Source: Corallochytrium limacisporum Hawaii
Lineage: Eukaryota > Protista > Pluriformea
Reading direction: 5' to 3'
Assembly: GCA_002811645.1 (NCBI GenBank)
Contig: PDIP01000035.1
Coordinates: 248,001-312,000, forward strand
DNA: 64,000 nucleotides
Numbering within the stretch: position 1 is the first letter of the stretch; every line of letters starts with the position of its first letter. Made by a program: the position numbers and the translations under genes. The notes below the pieces were generated by a model, which saw nothing but the letters and a program-made list of their open reading frames with translations, did not search any database and was not told where the DNA came from. This document shows, in pieces, positions 22,430 to 32,827 of this stretch.

Positions 22430-22719
22430 TACCGCAAGGCCCATGGAGACCTCGTCGAGCGCCGGGCTTCTCTCAACCGAGGCTCCTTCCGATCCGAGGA
22501 ATCTCCATAGGAGACATACGACTCTCAAAGAATATGATCGCACCGGTTTTAAGAAGCAGAAAAACTATGGATGCTACTATAACTGAAGCAGAAGAGCAGT
22601 CTATGACTAAGGGTTGCCAAACGACAATCAAAATCATCGTAACGTACTGCCATCCACATGAAACATTTACACCCTACTACGCCAAACAGCATTACATGAC
22701 AGTCATAAGTTTCTTTAGT

Positions 22720-23634
22720 CTATGCACTCTTCTTTACCGACGATTCCGGCCCACAATCCTCCGCCTGCTTCCGCTTGCCTAGATTTGTCAACGTCTCTGG
22801 TTTGGGTTTTCTCACTAAGAACGATTGCAGCGTGCATTGGGACCTGTCCAAAGGCTTTGTGACTTTGATGGCTTGCGGTTCCCTCAGCAAAGTGCACGAT
22901 CTCCTCCCCTGAGAGCAATCGATCCTCACCACCAAATGACCGGCATTCGGTAGCATCGGTACCATCAAGGCACCGTGCTTAGAGTCGCTTAGTATTGCAA
23001 TGGAACGCAAAAGCGCCCTCGTGAATGCACCGTGGGTTACCAATACAACAACGTGATCCTTCGCATCCTGCTGCTGGGCACAAGCAGGTATCATTTCAGA
23101 GTCCTCATAGATCTCACCGCTCAGACTGCGTAAACTGGCATGGAAGGCACAATGGCAAGGCATGTGTCGTGAAAGCAGCAGAGAAACTACAGAATTAGCT
23201 CTCAGTATGATGGCACTGAGCGAATCACCTTTTCGTTTCTCCGCCGGTTGCTGCCCTCGGCGAGGTATGGCTCCGAAACCGACACCCTCTCTACTCCCCA
23301 TGTCATTTTCTCTCAATTCCGACATAATACGAAGGTTCTCTGTGTGAAGACATTTGCACTCAGTACTTGTTCTGCCCTGATCTGAAGATAGTCTCCTTAC
23401 CTGGAATTCATTCGCCAGCTCTTTGGCGGTTCTGTGGGCCCTCTGCAACGGACTGGCATAGAACCCATGAATGTGGTGGTCACGATACTCCTGTGAAAGC
23501 CTGCGCCCACATTCTTTCGCTTGTGCAACCCCTAGCTCCGTCAAAGGGGAGTCTGTGATCCCTTGAATGATCGAGTCCCTGTTGCCTTCGGACTGCCCAT
23601 GCCTCACAATAACGAGCTTTATCGCTTTCCCCAT
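22720..23634 (-). CDS. Histidine phosphatase superfamily (PGAM/TIGAR-like) protein
   Basis: LVIVRHGQS (RHG), LTELGVAQA, YASPLQRA, LRENDMG, VVLVTHG. ATG (acaATG) at 23634. Confidence 0.9.
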   Translation of the reverse strand: MGKAIKLVIVRHGQSEGNRDSIIQGITDSPLTELGVAQAKECGRRLSQEYRDHHIHGFYASPLQRAHRTAKELANEFQVRRLSSDQGRTSTECKCLHTENLRIMSELRENDMGSREGVGFGAIPRRGQQPAEKRKGDSLSAIILRANSVVSLLLSRHMPCHCAFHASLRSLSGEIYEDSEMIPACAQQQDAKDHVVVLVTHGAFTRALLRSIAILSDSKHGALMVPMLPNAGHLVVRIDCSQGRRSCTLLREPQAIKVTKPLDRSQCTLQSFLVRKPKPETLTNLGKRKQAEDCGPESSVKKSA

Positions 23635-25045
23635 TGTCCTATGGCTTCGCAAACAATGGGCCTTTGATGTTTGGGTCGTACCAGCTTAGTTCTGGTGCTT
23701 CACCCTTGCATGTCTTGATTTATTTAGGTACCCGTCTTTGATACGCACGCAAAGAGCCAATTGTAACGGTCTCCACCCCCGAGCTACACTTTGTACCTTC
23801 AGCCACTTTGTAGATCCACGTCCTGAGCTATGTCCAAGCATTTCGGAGATTCATGTGGGCGTATATTCATTCCCCCTACCGCACGAACTCGTTTCGGGCT
23901 ATGCGGGTTGATATTTTTTTTTCACCCCTTTGTTCAGTCGTTTCGTATTGGGGATGAATGGACCCAGGTGAAGAAGTGTGAAAGGAGGGGCGGGGATTAA
24001 GGTGCCGTGGGGGGGGGATGGGAGGTCCCTCCTACGGGAGGCGTTGACCACCTCACCATAGCAGTCAACCCGTACGCTCATTGGCTAGAGGGACTACCCC
24101 TCCCCCCCCCTTTTCCTCCCCCCTGTAGAGAACCCCTTCCGCTTTTCTCCTTCTGACCCCCGCCCGACTCCTGAGACCGAACGTGTTTGAACCTCTCTGA
24201 CCCGCGCCCCTCTCCCCCCCAGAGATTATCTCTGTGCGTGTTGCGAAGACCGCAGTTAGCAACAATCGAAGCGAGTTTTGGAAGGCAGAATAGAAACGGG
24301 CCGCCGCGCCCCGTCGGAAGGGGGGGGGGGAACCGAAGGGAAAGGAAGGTACGACACGACAACGCAACGCAGCAACTGATGATGGAATACCTTGCAAAGT
24401 TCACCGGTCATTGTTGCCAACACCACGGGACCAGATGTACACTGTGAAACCAGTATCATTGACACCTAATACCCTCTTTTCCGCATCACCTTCGGCCAGT
24501 ATCAAGCACTGAGAACGACGCAAATGCGTAAATCAAATTACCCCAAAGTGTCTCTATCAGCACCACGCATGGCAATTTGATAGTAGATGAACTCAGATTC
24601 AATGGAAAATTCAACCTGGGTCCCATGCCTCTGTTGAATAATCATAGGTGCAATGGAGAAAGTACCATTATCAAGTGACGGAGAGAATTGGCTTTGCTAA
24701 GATCTGCCTGCACGCGTTGTCAAAGACCAGTCGGAGCTAGTCTTATCAAGCACTTCTTAACAGTATCCAAATTTTTGGGCTACTGTATCGTTTGGGACAC
24801 CCTGGACTTTGCTTTTTTGGTGTATCAGTACGGATTGAGCTATTTGACATCAACTTCAACCGTAGTTATTTCGTCGTCAGGCAAAGTGGCAACATAATGT
24901 AATCGAAGTAGGTAGTGAAGGGTACATGACGAGCATTCTAAGTGCGAGTAAGTTCTCGGAGAGTATTGGTTGTCCCAATTGGGAAGTGTAAGAGAACCGT
25001 CAAATAAACACAGCATTAGAGCCATCAAAGATCCACCTGTAGACG

Positions 25046-27325
25046 ATGGGTAGTGAGTGTCTCCAGGCCTGGGTAGACGGGATCACAAGTATCGAAGACG
25101 ACCGGCCCGATGATGCCCTCACCTGCTTCCTAACGGCATCTCGGAATGGTGGTGCCCGTTTACTGTACAACATGGGACTGGTGTTCCAGATACATGAACT
25201 TTATGACCAGGCGGAAGATACGTTCAAGACCGCGCGAATGCAGGACCGGTACCTGGCCATTGCCTATGTTGGTGAAGGGTTGGCGCTTCTACGGAAACAT
25301 AGCCCAGGGCAACACGGCGCCCAGAACGCCCTCACTGCTGCTCAGTGTTTCGAGCAGGCGATGGCGGCCATGCGTGGCACATTGTTCATTGACTATACAC
25401 AATTGGGTCTCGGGGTGCGCTTGTTTGCATGTGAGGTACTCTGGAACTGTGCCATAGCCAACGCCCGGGCCGGACAGTTTGAGCGCTGTGCTCAGGTCCT
25501 CGAAGCAGCGGTGATGCAATTGCCGCAGGCTGTAGCTGACCAGTACCAATTGATCAGTCAATGGAACAGCCATGTGAGTGGATCTCGGGGTAACGAAGGT
25601 GCGCAGGACCTGGCGAATCTCGGTGATGATTCTCTATATGGTTTAGACCGTACGAAATTCTTCCAACCGAATCCAGAGAAGGTCAAGAACATCCCGAAGC
25701 GGCACTTCATTACGGGAAAAAGTAAAGTCGTGCACGCGAGCCGGATGAGCGACAGATGGGCCGGGTTCAGCGCTCGCAATCCTAATTCAAGGGAAATGGA
25801 AGAGCCATCGGGTCCCAAGATTGAGCACTTGCACATCGACCAGGCGACTACGGCAGTCGGCGGTATTGCTGGCATTCCGCCACCCGGAGCAGGCCTCCCG
25901 GGGTCAGAAACCACGGGCACAGACCAGGGCGGATGCTACCATGAACAGGAAGCGAAGCTGGGAGCAGTGAAAAAACCGCAATTCACGAGCATTCCAAGCC
26001 TCAGTTCTGCGGCAAGATCACAGCAGATTGCTCCAGCCATGCCACCGCCACCCATGGCACAGCCCTTGGCTGCTCCGATGATGCAGCCGCCAACACCAGA
26101 GTCTGTGCACAGTGTGCCCGTTGCCACACCGAAGAAGAAAATGTCTCCTGCGGAGCTGCAGGCCAGACTCCGTGCCAAACAAGATCGCACCAAAGAGACC
26201 CCTTCGGCGTACGGTAGCGTAAGTGGTGGCAAGACGGGTCGGGTAGTGTTCGGTGGCAGCGCTGGTACCGGCATTTACGGCAGTACGGCCTCCATTAGGT
26301 CGACTTCTAGTAGTACCCTAATGGCCACTCCAAGCCATGACCTGGCCACTGTACCCTCTGTCGGAAGTGCCAAGTCTATTCCTCCACCGGTGGCATCGTC
26401 TATGCCTCTACCACCACCACCGCAACCGACTAATGCACCCACACCTCCCCTGCCACCGGCTCCACTTGCTTCTGCCGCGCCACCGGCGCCACCCGTGTCA
26501 CAGAAACCTGCAGTGAACTCTGCCAACAATCAGCACGAGCGGGTCGCGTCCGTCATTGCTGAGCGAAGCCCGCCACCGAAGCGACCGAATTTGCCAACCC
26601 GACCATCTCCCCCTGCGGCGTTCACAACCTCTAATCCCGCGCTCAGCGGCTTCAAGCGGTCGTCTGGTGACGAAGACGACGATACAGGGCCACCGAAGCC
26701 GCTTCTGCCCTCTCAGATCAAGGCGCAGCAGCGCAGTTTGAATTCCTCGCGAGAGTCCGTGGGATCCGTAGGATCTGATGAGCTGAAGGAGCCGACCCTA
26801 GCGGCTAAGAAGTCCTTCCATCCCCGGGGAGAAAGCGACAGCACTATCTACGAGGAAATGGATGCTGTGGTCACCAAGTCAAGCACATCGAGTTCTACGT
26901 CGGGCCCTGTGCTGAAGTTGCCACCGCCGCGTTCTTCATCCGCGGCCACAGCGCTAACCAAGCTACCGCCACCACCGCCCCTGTGCGGTACGCCACCTGC
27001 TGTCCCTGAGACGAGCAACAAGCCGATTACGGACACGCAGGATTCGCTCTCCATGCACAGTGTGCAAAGTGAGGAAAACTCTTCAGGATCGACGAAATAC
27101 CGCATCAAGGTCAAGAAGGAAGGTGGCGGTGTCAAGGTTTGTGCTGTATCCGCGGCTTTGCCATGGGTCGAAGTACAAGCCATCTTGCTAAAGAAGTTTG
27201 GATTGAGTTCGGGCACTTTCTCGTTCATGGACGAAGACGATGAAGTTGAAGTTGAGGACCATGGTGACTACGAGTATGCTGTGGAGTCCATGGGCAACAA
27301 GTTGCTCTTCACCCTAAAGAATTGA
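25046..27325 (+). CDS. NADPH oxidase activator p67phox/NoxR-like (TPR, activation domain, Pro-rich linker, PB1)
   Basis: MRGTLFIDYTQLGLGVRLFACEVLWN resembles p67phox [26 protein letters not shown]. FQPN...GKSKVVHAS activation domain. C-terminal PB1 (RIKV...FMDEDDEV). Confidence 0.85.
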   Translation: MGSECLQAWVDGITSIEDDRPDDALTCFLTASRNGGARLLYNMGLVFQIHELYDQAEDTFKTARMQDRYLAIAYVGEGLALLRKHSPGQHGAQNALTAAQCFEQAMAAMRGTLFIDYTQLGLGVRLFACEVLWNCAIANARAGQFERCAQVLEAAVMQLPQAVADQYQLISQWNSHVSGSRGNEGAQDLANLGDDSLYGLDRTKFFQPNPEKVKNIPKRHFITGKSKVVHASRMSDRWAGFSARNPNSREMEEPSGPKIEHLHIDQATTAVGGIAGIPPPGAGLPGSETTGTDQGGCYHEQEAKLGAVKKPQFTSIPSLSSAARSQQIAPAMPPPPMAQPLAAPMMQPPTPESVHSVPVATPKKKMSPAELQARLRAKQDRTKETPSAYGSVSGGKTGRVVFGGSAGTGIYGSTASIRSTSSSTLMATPSHDLATVPSVGSAKSIPPPVASSMPLPPPPQPTNAPTPPLPPAPLASAAPPAPPVSQKPAVNSANNQHERVASVIAERSPPPKRPNLPTRPSPPAAFTTSNPALSGFKRSSGDEDDDTGPPKPLLPSQIKAQQRSLNSSRESVGSVGSDELKEPTLAAKKSFHPRGESDSTIYEEMDAVVTKSSTSSSTSGPVLKLPPPRSSSAATALTKLPPPPPLCGTPPAVPETSNKPITDTQDSLSMHSVQSEENSSGSTKYRIKVKKEGGGVKVCAVSAALPWVEVQAILLKKFGLSSGTFSFMDEDDEVEVEDHGDYEYAVESMGNKLLFTLKN

Positions 27326-27409
27326 GGACTGGAGGTGGTTTTGCTCTTTATCGATTGTTTGCTCTGACAATATAATGCTACTTCTGTGTGTATCCCTTGG
27401 GGCAGTGGA

Positions 27410-28618
27410 TCATGTGGACTCTTGGAACAGGTTGTGCCAGATAGTAATTGACTGAGATTTGCCGCCCACAACCAGGGCCTTTCCTTCGTATGCCGCACAG
27501 GCGATGCCTCTCCCACCGTGGAAGTCCAACGTGGCCAAATGGTGGTGCTTCACCGATGCTGGTCCAGCCAGCAGCACTTTGCGACTGTAGACGCGCACCT
27601 TGCCATGCCAATCTCCGACCGCGAACGCACGTCCATCGGCCCGGGCCGCCATCGCACCCACACCAACCTGACCCGCCGCGGCGGGTAGAGAAATGGCTGT
27701 GTTGGGCTTGAAGCTGAAATTGCCGACTGCATCGGTGACGGAGAGGTTGTGGCAAAAGAAAGCATTGGTTGGAGGGCTGCTGCCAGCAGTCGAGCTGTCT
27801 ATATCTTTCACGGGAGGAGCACCTCCGCACAGCAAATACGCAGAGTCTGGCTTCTTCGACGCCCGCAAGACAGCCAGGGCAGTACATGCACTACAGGTCG
27901 GCACTCCGTGCACCACTGCTAGTGGCTCTGTTCCTTTTCGCACGTCCCAGATCGCTACGTGCCCACTTTCAAAGCCGGCCAAAAGCAGATATGGCTTCCA
28001 CTGTGTGAGCACCATGGGCATGCCCAACTCCTTCACGTTTGCGTCCGATCCTGATGATGTTCTTTCTAGAGGTGGTAGGTCCAAGTGGCTCACCTCCTGC
28101 AGTGTATTTCCTCGCGTTGACAGGACTGCTATCTTAGCGCCATCATTGACAGACGCGATGATATCCTTCGAAGATGCATCATCGCCCTCCTGCGCAACGG
28201 CCACTGCTCCACAGAATCCTGGGAGACCAAAATTCCCCTCAGTGATCACGGCCAAGTCCCGCTCAATGTCATGCAGGGCCAGCCTGCCGTCTTTACAATG
28301 GCGGAAACATTGATTGTTTGTGGTCCATCCTACTCCAAGAACGCCATGGCGCATGTCCTCGGACCCATCATCCGTGGTGACATCTACATCGGGTGCTTGC
28401 CACAGCAGTTTCGCACGAGCGATGGTGGGTGACCAGAGGCACAGGGTCCCGACGCTGGTGCCACTGATCAAGTGTCTACGGAGCCCTTGGACCAGACCTT
28501 CTGAACCCCAGGTCTCTAGCTCTTCGCCACCGAAAGCAAGACACTGCTGGGCTCCGCCAACCCCCCGCAGTACGACGTCCGGGGGTGGCGGCGGTGGCAA
28601 CCCAGATCCCGGCGCCAT
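27410..28618 (-). CDS. GNB1L: WD40 protein GNB1L/Asa1 (ASTRA/TTT-associated)
   Basis: PPPDVVLRG N-terminus, GFC, LLAGFESGHVAIWD, RADGRAFAVGDWHGKVRVYS, LATLDFH, GGKSQSITIW. Confidence 0.8.
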   Translation of the reverse strand: MAPGSGLPPPPPPDVVLRGVGGAQQCLAFGGEELETWGSEGLVQGLRRHLISGTSVGTLCLWSPTIARAKLLWQAPDVDVTTDDGSEDMRHGVLGVGWTTNNQCFRHCKDGRLALHDIERDLAVITEGNFGLPGFCGAVAVAQEGDDASSKDIIASVNDGAKIAVLSTRGNTLQEVSHLDLPPLERTSSGSDANVKELGMPMVLTQWKPYLLLAGFESGHVAIWDVRKGTEPLAVVHGVPTCSACTALAVLRASKKPDSAYLLCGGAPPVKDIDSSTAGSSPPTNAFFCHNLSVTDAVGNFSFKPNTAISLPAAAGQVGVGAMAARADGRAFAVGDWHGKVRVYSRKVLLAGPASVKHHHLATLDFHGGRGIACAAYEGKALVVGGKSQSITIWHNLFQEST

Positions 28619-29341
28619 ATTACATCACTTTGTATTAATTATCTTCTTTATGTGTGACCTTGACATCGTGTATATGGTCTACTTGGTTCTTTAGATCTTT
28701 CGCTGATGAACCGGCATATAAAGACACCGGTCCTAAACAGGCACACTGGTCCGAAATACCCAGCCCCGGTGATGGGTCTCCACCACCCTCTCCCCCACAC
28801 CCCCTTCACCACGGGCCCTGGGTTGGGGTTGGTGAGAAGGGGAGGGGGCGCTCTCCAACGCGCGCCGAAACAGGTCGCTCCCGGTGTTTTGGCTTTTTGG
28901 GTTCCACTGTCCAGCGTTCACACTCTCTTTTCCTGGTGGATGGGGAGAGGTCCAAAGGGCCAGGGGTTCCGCCAGCTCCTGGGCGAGAGAGATTTCTTCG
29001 TGAAGAAGGCAAGGACTGACTGGCGGGAGAGGCCCCCGGGGCAGGGAATGGCAGTTGAAAAAGGGAGGGGGGGGGGAGGGGGTCGTGGTTCAAGTCCAGA
29101 CGGATTGCACGCAAAAATCCAAAACAAAGACCCCTGGAGCAAGAGAGAACCACGGAAAAACCGGGGCGCAGCGATTGAACCGCCCAGCTGTCAATGCGAA
29201 AGTGAATGTATCGCTTGTGTACATATCTTTGGCTTTGTAGATGAACGGGTAGTTCAGAAAACACATGAATATGGTCGTGTGGAACCCGCGTGCAATTCAT
29301 AGTCACTAGGGGTGTTAAGAAATCACTACACTAGTTTCACA

Positions 29342-30673
29342 ATGGCAGACGACGCCATACTCATTCAAAAGGAGGATTACTCCAAGCAATGTGATGAAGA
29401 TCTGCCAAAATTTGAGCAGCAGGCAGCCAATGGAGATGCTCAGGGAGCCCTGGACGCACTGCTGTCCTTCGAAAAGAAATGTCGCAATGGCGGAGATACA
29501 CACTCCGTGTCGCGGGTGATGCTCAGCGTTGTCAAAGTCGCTTACCAGAGCGGAGGACTCACGAAAGTAGCAGACTATGTAACTCTCTTGACCAAGAAGC
29601 GCGGTCAAATTAAGCAAAGTGTTAGCAAAATGATGGATGAGGCTGTTCGTCTCGTTGACGAGGCCAAGACAGAGGAGGATAGGATGAAGTACATTGAAAG
29701 CCTCCGTAGCATTACCGAGGGTAAAATCCATGTCGAGATTCAGTACGCTCACCTCACAAAGTTTCTTAGTCGTATGTATGAAGCCAAAGGGGATATGCCT
29801 AAGGCAGCAGACATCCTCCAAGAGGCTCAGGTGGAGACTCTGGGTTCCATGGACCGAAAAGAAAAGGCTGAATTTATTCTGGACCAAATGCGCCTCTGCC
29901 TGGCGAATGCAGATGTAATTCGCGCTGGTATTATTGCCAAGAAGATCACTAAGGGTTTCTTTGAGAAGGAAGACTACGAGGATCTGCGAATCACATACTA
30001 CAACTACATGATTGAGCTGGCTCTGCACGATGAAAAATATCTGGAAGCCTGCCAATACTTCCGCAGTATCTTCCTGACCAACAAGATCTACGAGTCTGAA
30101 AACGACTGGCAACTGCCTCTGAAGATGACTGTGTTCTATCTCATCCTCACTCCCCGCCGTGTCCTGCTTGATAACGACCAGTTGGACTTGTACCATCTGG
30201 TTCGGGCAGAGAAGAAGCTTGACGACCTCGAGACCTTCAGCAAGTTGCTGAACATTTTCATGAAGAAGGATATTATTCTGTGGGACGACTTTATGTCTGG
30301 ATACGGTGAGGACCTTGCCAAATTGAATGTGCCAAACGCTGAGAAGCGTATGGAAGTTCTGCAGCGTCGTCTGCGAGAGCACAATATTATTATTCTTGCC
30401 GAGTACTACCAGCGCATCCGCCTGAAACGGGCCGCGCTCCTGTTGCAAATGGACGAACTGGCTTGCGAGAAACTGATTGCCGACTGTGTCGTCGACAAGA
30501 CCATCTGGGCTCGAATTGACCGCCCTGCCGGGGTGGTGAACTTTGTCAAGGCGAAGAATCCTGACGAGGCCCTGGAAGAATGGAGCGAGCGCGTCAAGGA
30601 ACTCATGCGCCTGCTAAACAAGACCACACACCTTATCCGCAAGGAAGAGATGGTTAACGAGGCCATGGCATGA
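29342..30673 (+). CDS. PSMD12: 26S proteasome lid subunit Rpn5
   Basis: LTKKRGQIKQ, TEGKIHVE, QVETLGSM, EFILDQMRL, EHNI..YY.RI PCI domain, ARIDRPAG, HLIRKEEM. ATG at 29342. Confidence 0.96.
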   Translation: MADDAILIQKEDYSKQCDEDLPKFEQQAANGDAQGALDALLSFEKKCRNGGDTHSVSRVMLSVVKVAYQSGGLTKVADYVTLLTKKRGQIKQSVSKMMDEAVRLVDEAKTEEDRMKYIESLRSITEGKIHVEIQYAHLTKFLSRMYEAKGDMPKAADILQEAQVETLGSMDRKEKAEFILDQMRLCLANADVIRAGIIAKKITKGFFEKEDYEDLRITYYNYMIELALHDEKYLEACQYFRSIFLTNKIYESENDWQLPLKMTVFYLILTPRRVLLDNDQLDLYHLVRAEKKLDDLETFSKLLNIFMKKDIILWDDFMSGYGEDLAKLNVPNAEKRMEVLQRRLREHNIIILAEYYQRIRLKRAALLLQMDELACEKLIADCVVDKTIWARIDRPAGVVNFVKAKNPDEALEEWSERVKELMRLLNKTTHLIRKEEMVNEAMA

Positions 30674-30819
30674 AATTATTGACCGTGCCAAAAGAGAAAT
30701 AAATGAAAATTAATGCTAGTAACCACACCGGATAAACATTGACATGACACATGTTCTACAAATGCTTGCCATGACATGACTGTTTTGAACATTGTAATGA
30801 TTTAGTGGCTGGCGGGAAT

Positions 30820-32256
30820 CTATGCGGCATATGCTTCGCTTTCTATCTGCTCAATACGCATCTTGAGTTTCATACACTCTTCAATCTGACTCTGCAGTGT
30901 CTCCTGGAGTGCCTGTTTCTCATCCTCGACATCGCCCAGGCGATCCCGAAGCATTTTGAGGGCGGCACTTTGCTCGCGTTCCCCCCCGCCTTCTCCCAGA
31001 ACGGATTGCAATGTCGAAATCTGCTCATCTTTCGTCTTTATCTCCATTTCAAGGTCCACTAGGCGCTCGGTGCGGCTTCGCATGACCTCAATCTCCTTGT
31101 TCTTTTCGTACAAGGAATTCTCAGCCGCAGAAATTTTCTTGAGGTACTCTTCGATTTCGTCGTCCAATACCTGGCCAACTCGCCTCTGCTCCGCTTCCAT
31201 GTGCTCATTATGCATGACAAGGTCACGTTTAGATTGACGAGTGCTCTCCAAAATCTCACGCAAGTAATGCAGCTCCGCTTGTTGGGCCGGGGTGAGGTTC
31301 GGATTCTGCAAGGGGTTGAAGCTCTGGCCCCGCTCGCTGCCGGACTTCCTGCGCTCTGCATCCAAGTTGCGAATTGCCATGGGGGTCTGACCGGCTCGGT
31401 CGGCGAGCTCGTCAATCTGCTTTTGCAAATCCTCGTTGGCATTCTTCAGAGCGACATTCTTAGCCTTGACACTCCGAATCTTCTCCCGATATCGCTCACT
31501 GTCGCGCACGAGACTGTCCTGAACCTTGGCCGTAATCTCTGCCTCCGCCTTCCACTGCTTCTGCACGTCCTCAAGCTGCTTCTCCAAACCTTCTATGATC
31601 TTTTTCAATTCTTCAGTGCCACGGGTCGCTTCTGTAATCTGTTTGTCCTTCTCCTGTATGCTGGCTTCCAAGGCAACCTTGCTGTCCAACAGTTCTTTTT
31701 GTGTTACCGCGCTCCGGTCCTCCATTTCGTCCATGATAAGAAGCAACTGGTTGATATGACGCTGCTCAGTCCGCAGAACCACAATGTTTCGATCAAGTTT
31801 ATCAACCTCCTGTTTTACACTAACTTTCTGTGCCTCGTTCTGCGCGGCCACGCGGGACATAGACTGCAGTTGATAGCGCACGGCGCTCTTGTTGTTGGAA
31901 TCCTCCTGGTTCTCAGCTAACCGCTTCTCCAACTTTTTCCGGCGCTGTTCCGGTTTGGACTTGATAATCAGCTCAAGTGCTTCAAAAGACGCCTCGAAGA
32001 GCTGTTCCATGTTTTGCCGTTCCCGTGCTCCCAGGGGCCCCCGCGGTGACTGGTGTTCCAAGTTGCTGAGCAACGAGCTTAAGTTTGCCGAAGAAGTTCT
32101 AGTGGTCGTTTGGGCCTTAAATCCACCGCTACCCATGCTGTCATTTCTACTGAGCGCCTTACCATTTTCCGGGGGCATGAAACTGTCTCCCTCTGGGACT
32201 TTACCGTCCTCGTCGTGGGATTTGGCTCCCTTCGAAAGGTTGCGAAACCGCTTCAT
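30820..32256 (-). CDS. Uncharacterised long coiled-coil protein
   Basis: 478-aa ORF, aacATG start, E/K/Q/L-rich heptads. No recognisable catalytic motif. Confidence 0.75.
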   Translation of the reverse strand: MKRFRNLSKGAKSHDEDGKVPEGDSFMPPENGKALSRNDSMGSGGFKAQTTTRTSSANLSSLLSNLEHQSPRGPLGARERQNMEQLFEASFEALELIIKSKPEQRRKKLEKRLAENQEDSNNKSAVRYQLQSMSRVAAQNEAQKVSVKQEVDKLDRNIVVLRTEQRHINQLLLIMDEMEDRSAVTQKELLDSKVALEASIQEKDKQITEATRGTEELKKIIEGLEKQLEDVQKQWKAEAEITAKVQDSLVRDSERYREKIRSVKAKNVALKNANEDLQKQIDELADRAGQTPMAIRNLDAERRKSGSERGQSFNPLQNPNLTPAQQAELHYLREILESTRQSKRDLVMHNEHMEAEQRRVGQVLDDEIEEYLKKISAAENSLYEKNKEIEVMRSRTERLVDLEMEIKTKDEQISTLQSVLGEGGGEREQSAALKMLRDRLGDVEDEKQALQETLQSQIEECMKLKMRIEQIESEAYAA

Positions 32257-32643
32257 GTTGCTTGGTATGTGCCGGGTATTCTAGGGTAGACTGCTACCGT
32301 GCTCTTAAATTCTGTGAGTTGGAACCTTCTTTAAGATTCGTGCCATAGTTTTGCTCAATGTTCTCTTGTCATGCTCCCCAAGATCGAACCAACCTCTCTT
32401 GGCCTGTGGCCGCTTCCTGACACTATCAGTGTTCTCGTCTATCAGAAACTTCACTCACATGCAATTTAACTACCCAGCATATTCATTGCACCTGGCTGCA
32501 TCAATTTTCTCTGTTTGTCACGAAAATCTAAACACAGATTGAGAAACCGACTCCTCAATGGCAAACGCAGCACCTGACCCTTTTCCCTGTACATTGCCTA
32601 TGCCCCCCTCTAGGCCGCCAACCCCCAATTCTCTCCCCCCCCC

Positions 32644-32827
32644 NNNNNNNNNNNNNNNNNNNNNNNNNNNNNNNNNNNNNNNNNNNNNNNNNNNNNNNNN
32701 NNNNNNNNNNNNNNNNNNNNNNNNNNNNNNNNNNNNNNNNNNNNNNNNNNNNNNNNNNNNNNNNNNNNNNNNNNNNNNNNNNNNNNNNNNNNNNNNNNNN
32801 NNNNNNNNNNNNNNNNNNNNNNNNNNN
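32644..32827. other. Assembly gap (N) flanked by poly-C
   Basis: Run of n. Confidence 0.99.

Noticed and set aside
29315-30448. Long antisense ORFs over PSMD12 (377 aa) and similar ones over DUS2, ValRS, the coiled-coil gene and HD-PTP
   Set aside because: These are shadow ORFs arising from codon bias of the sense gene and show no motifs.
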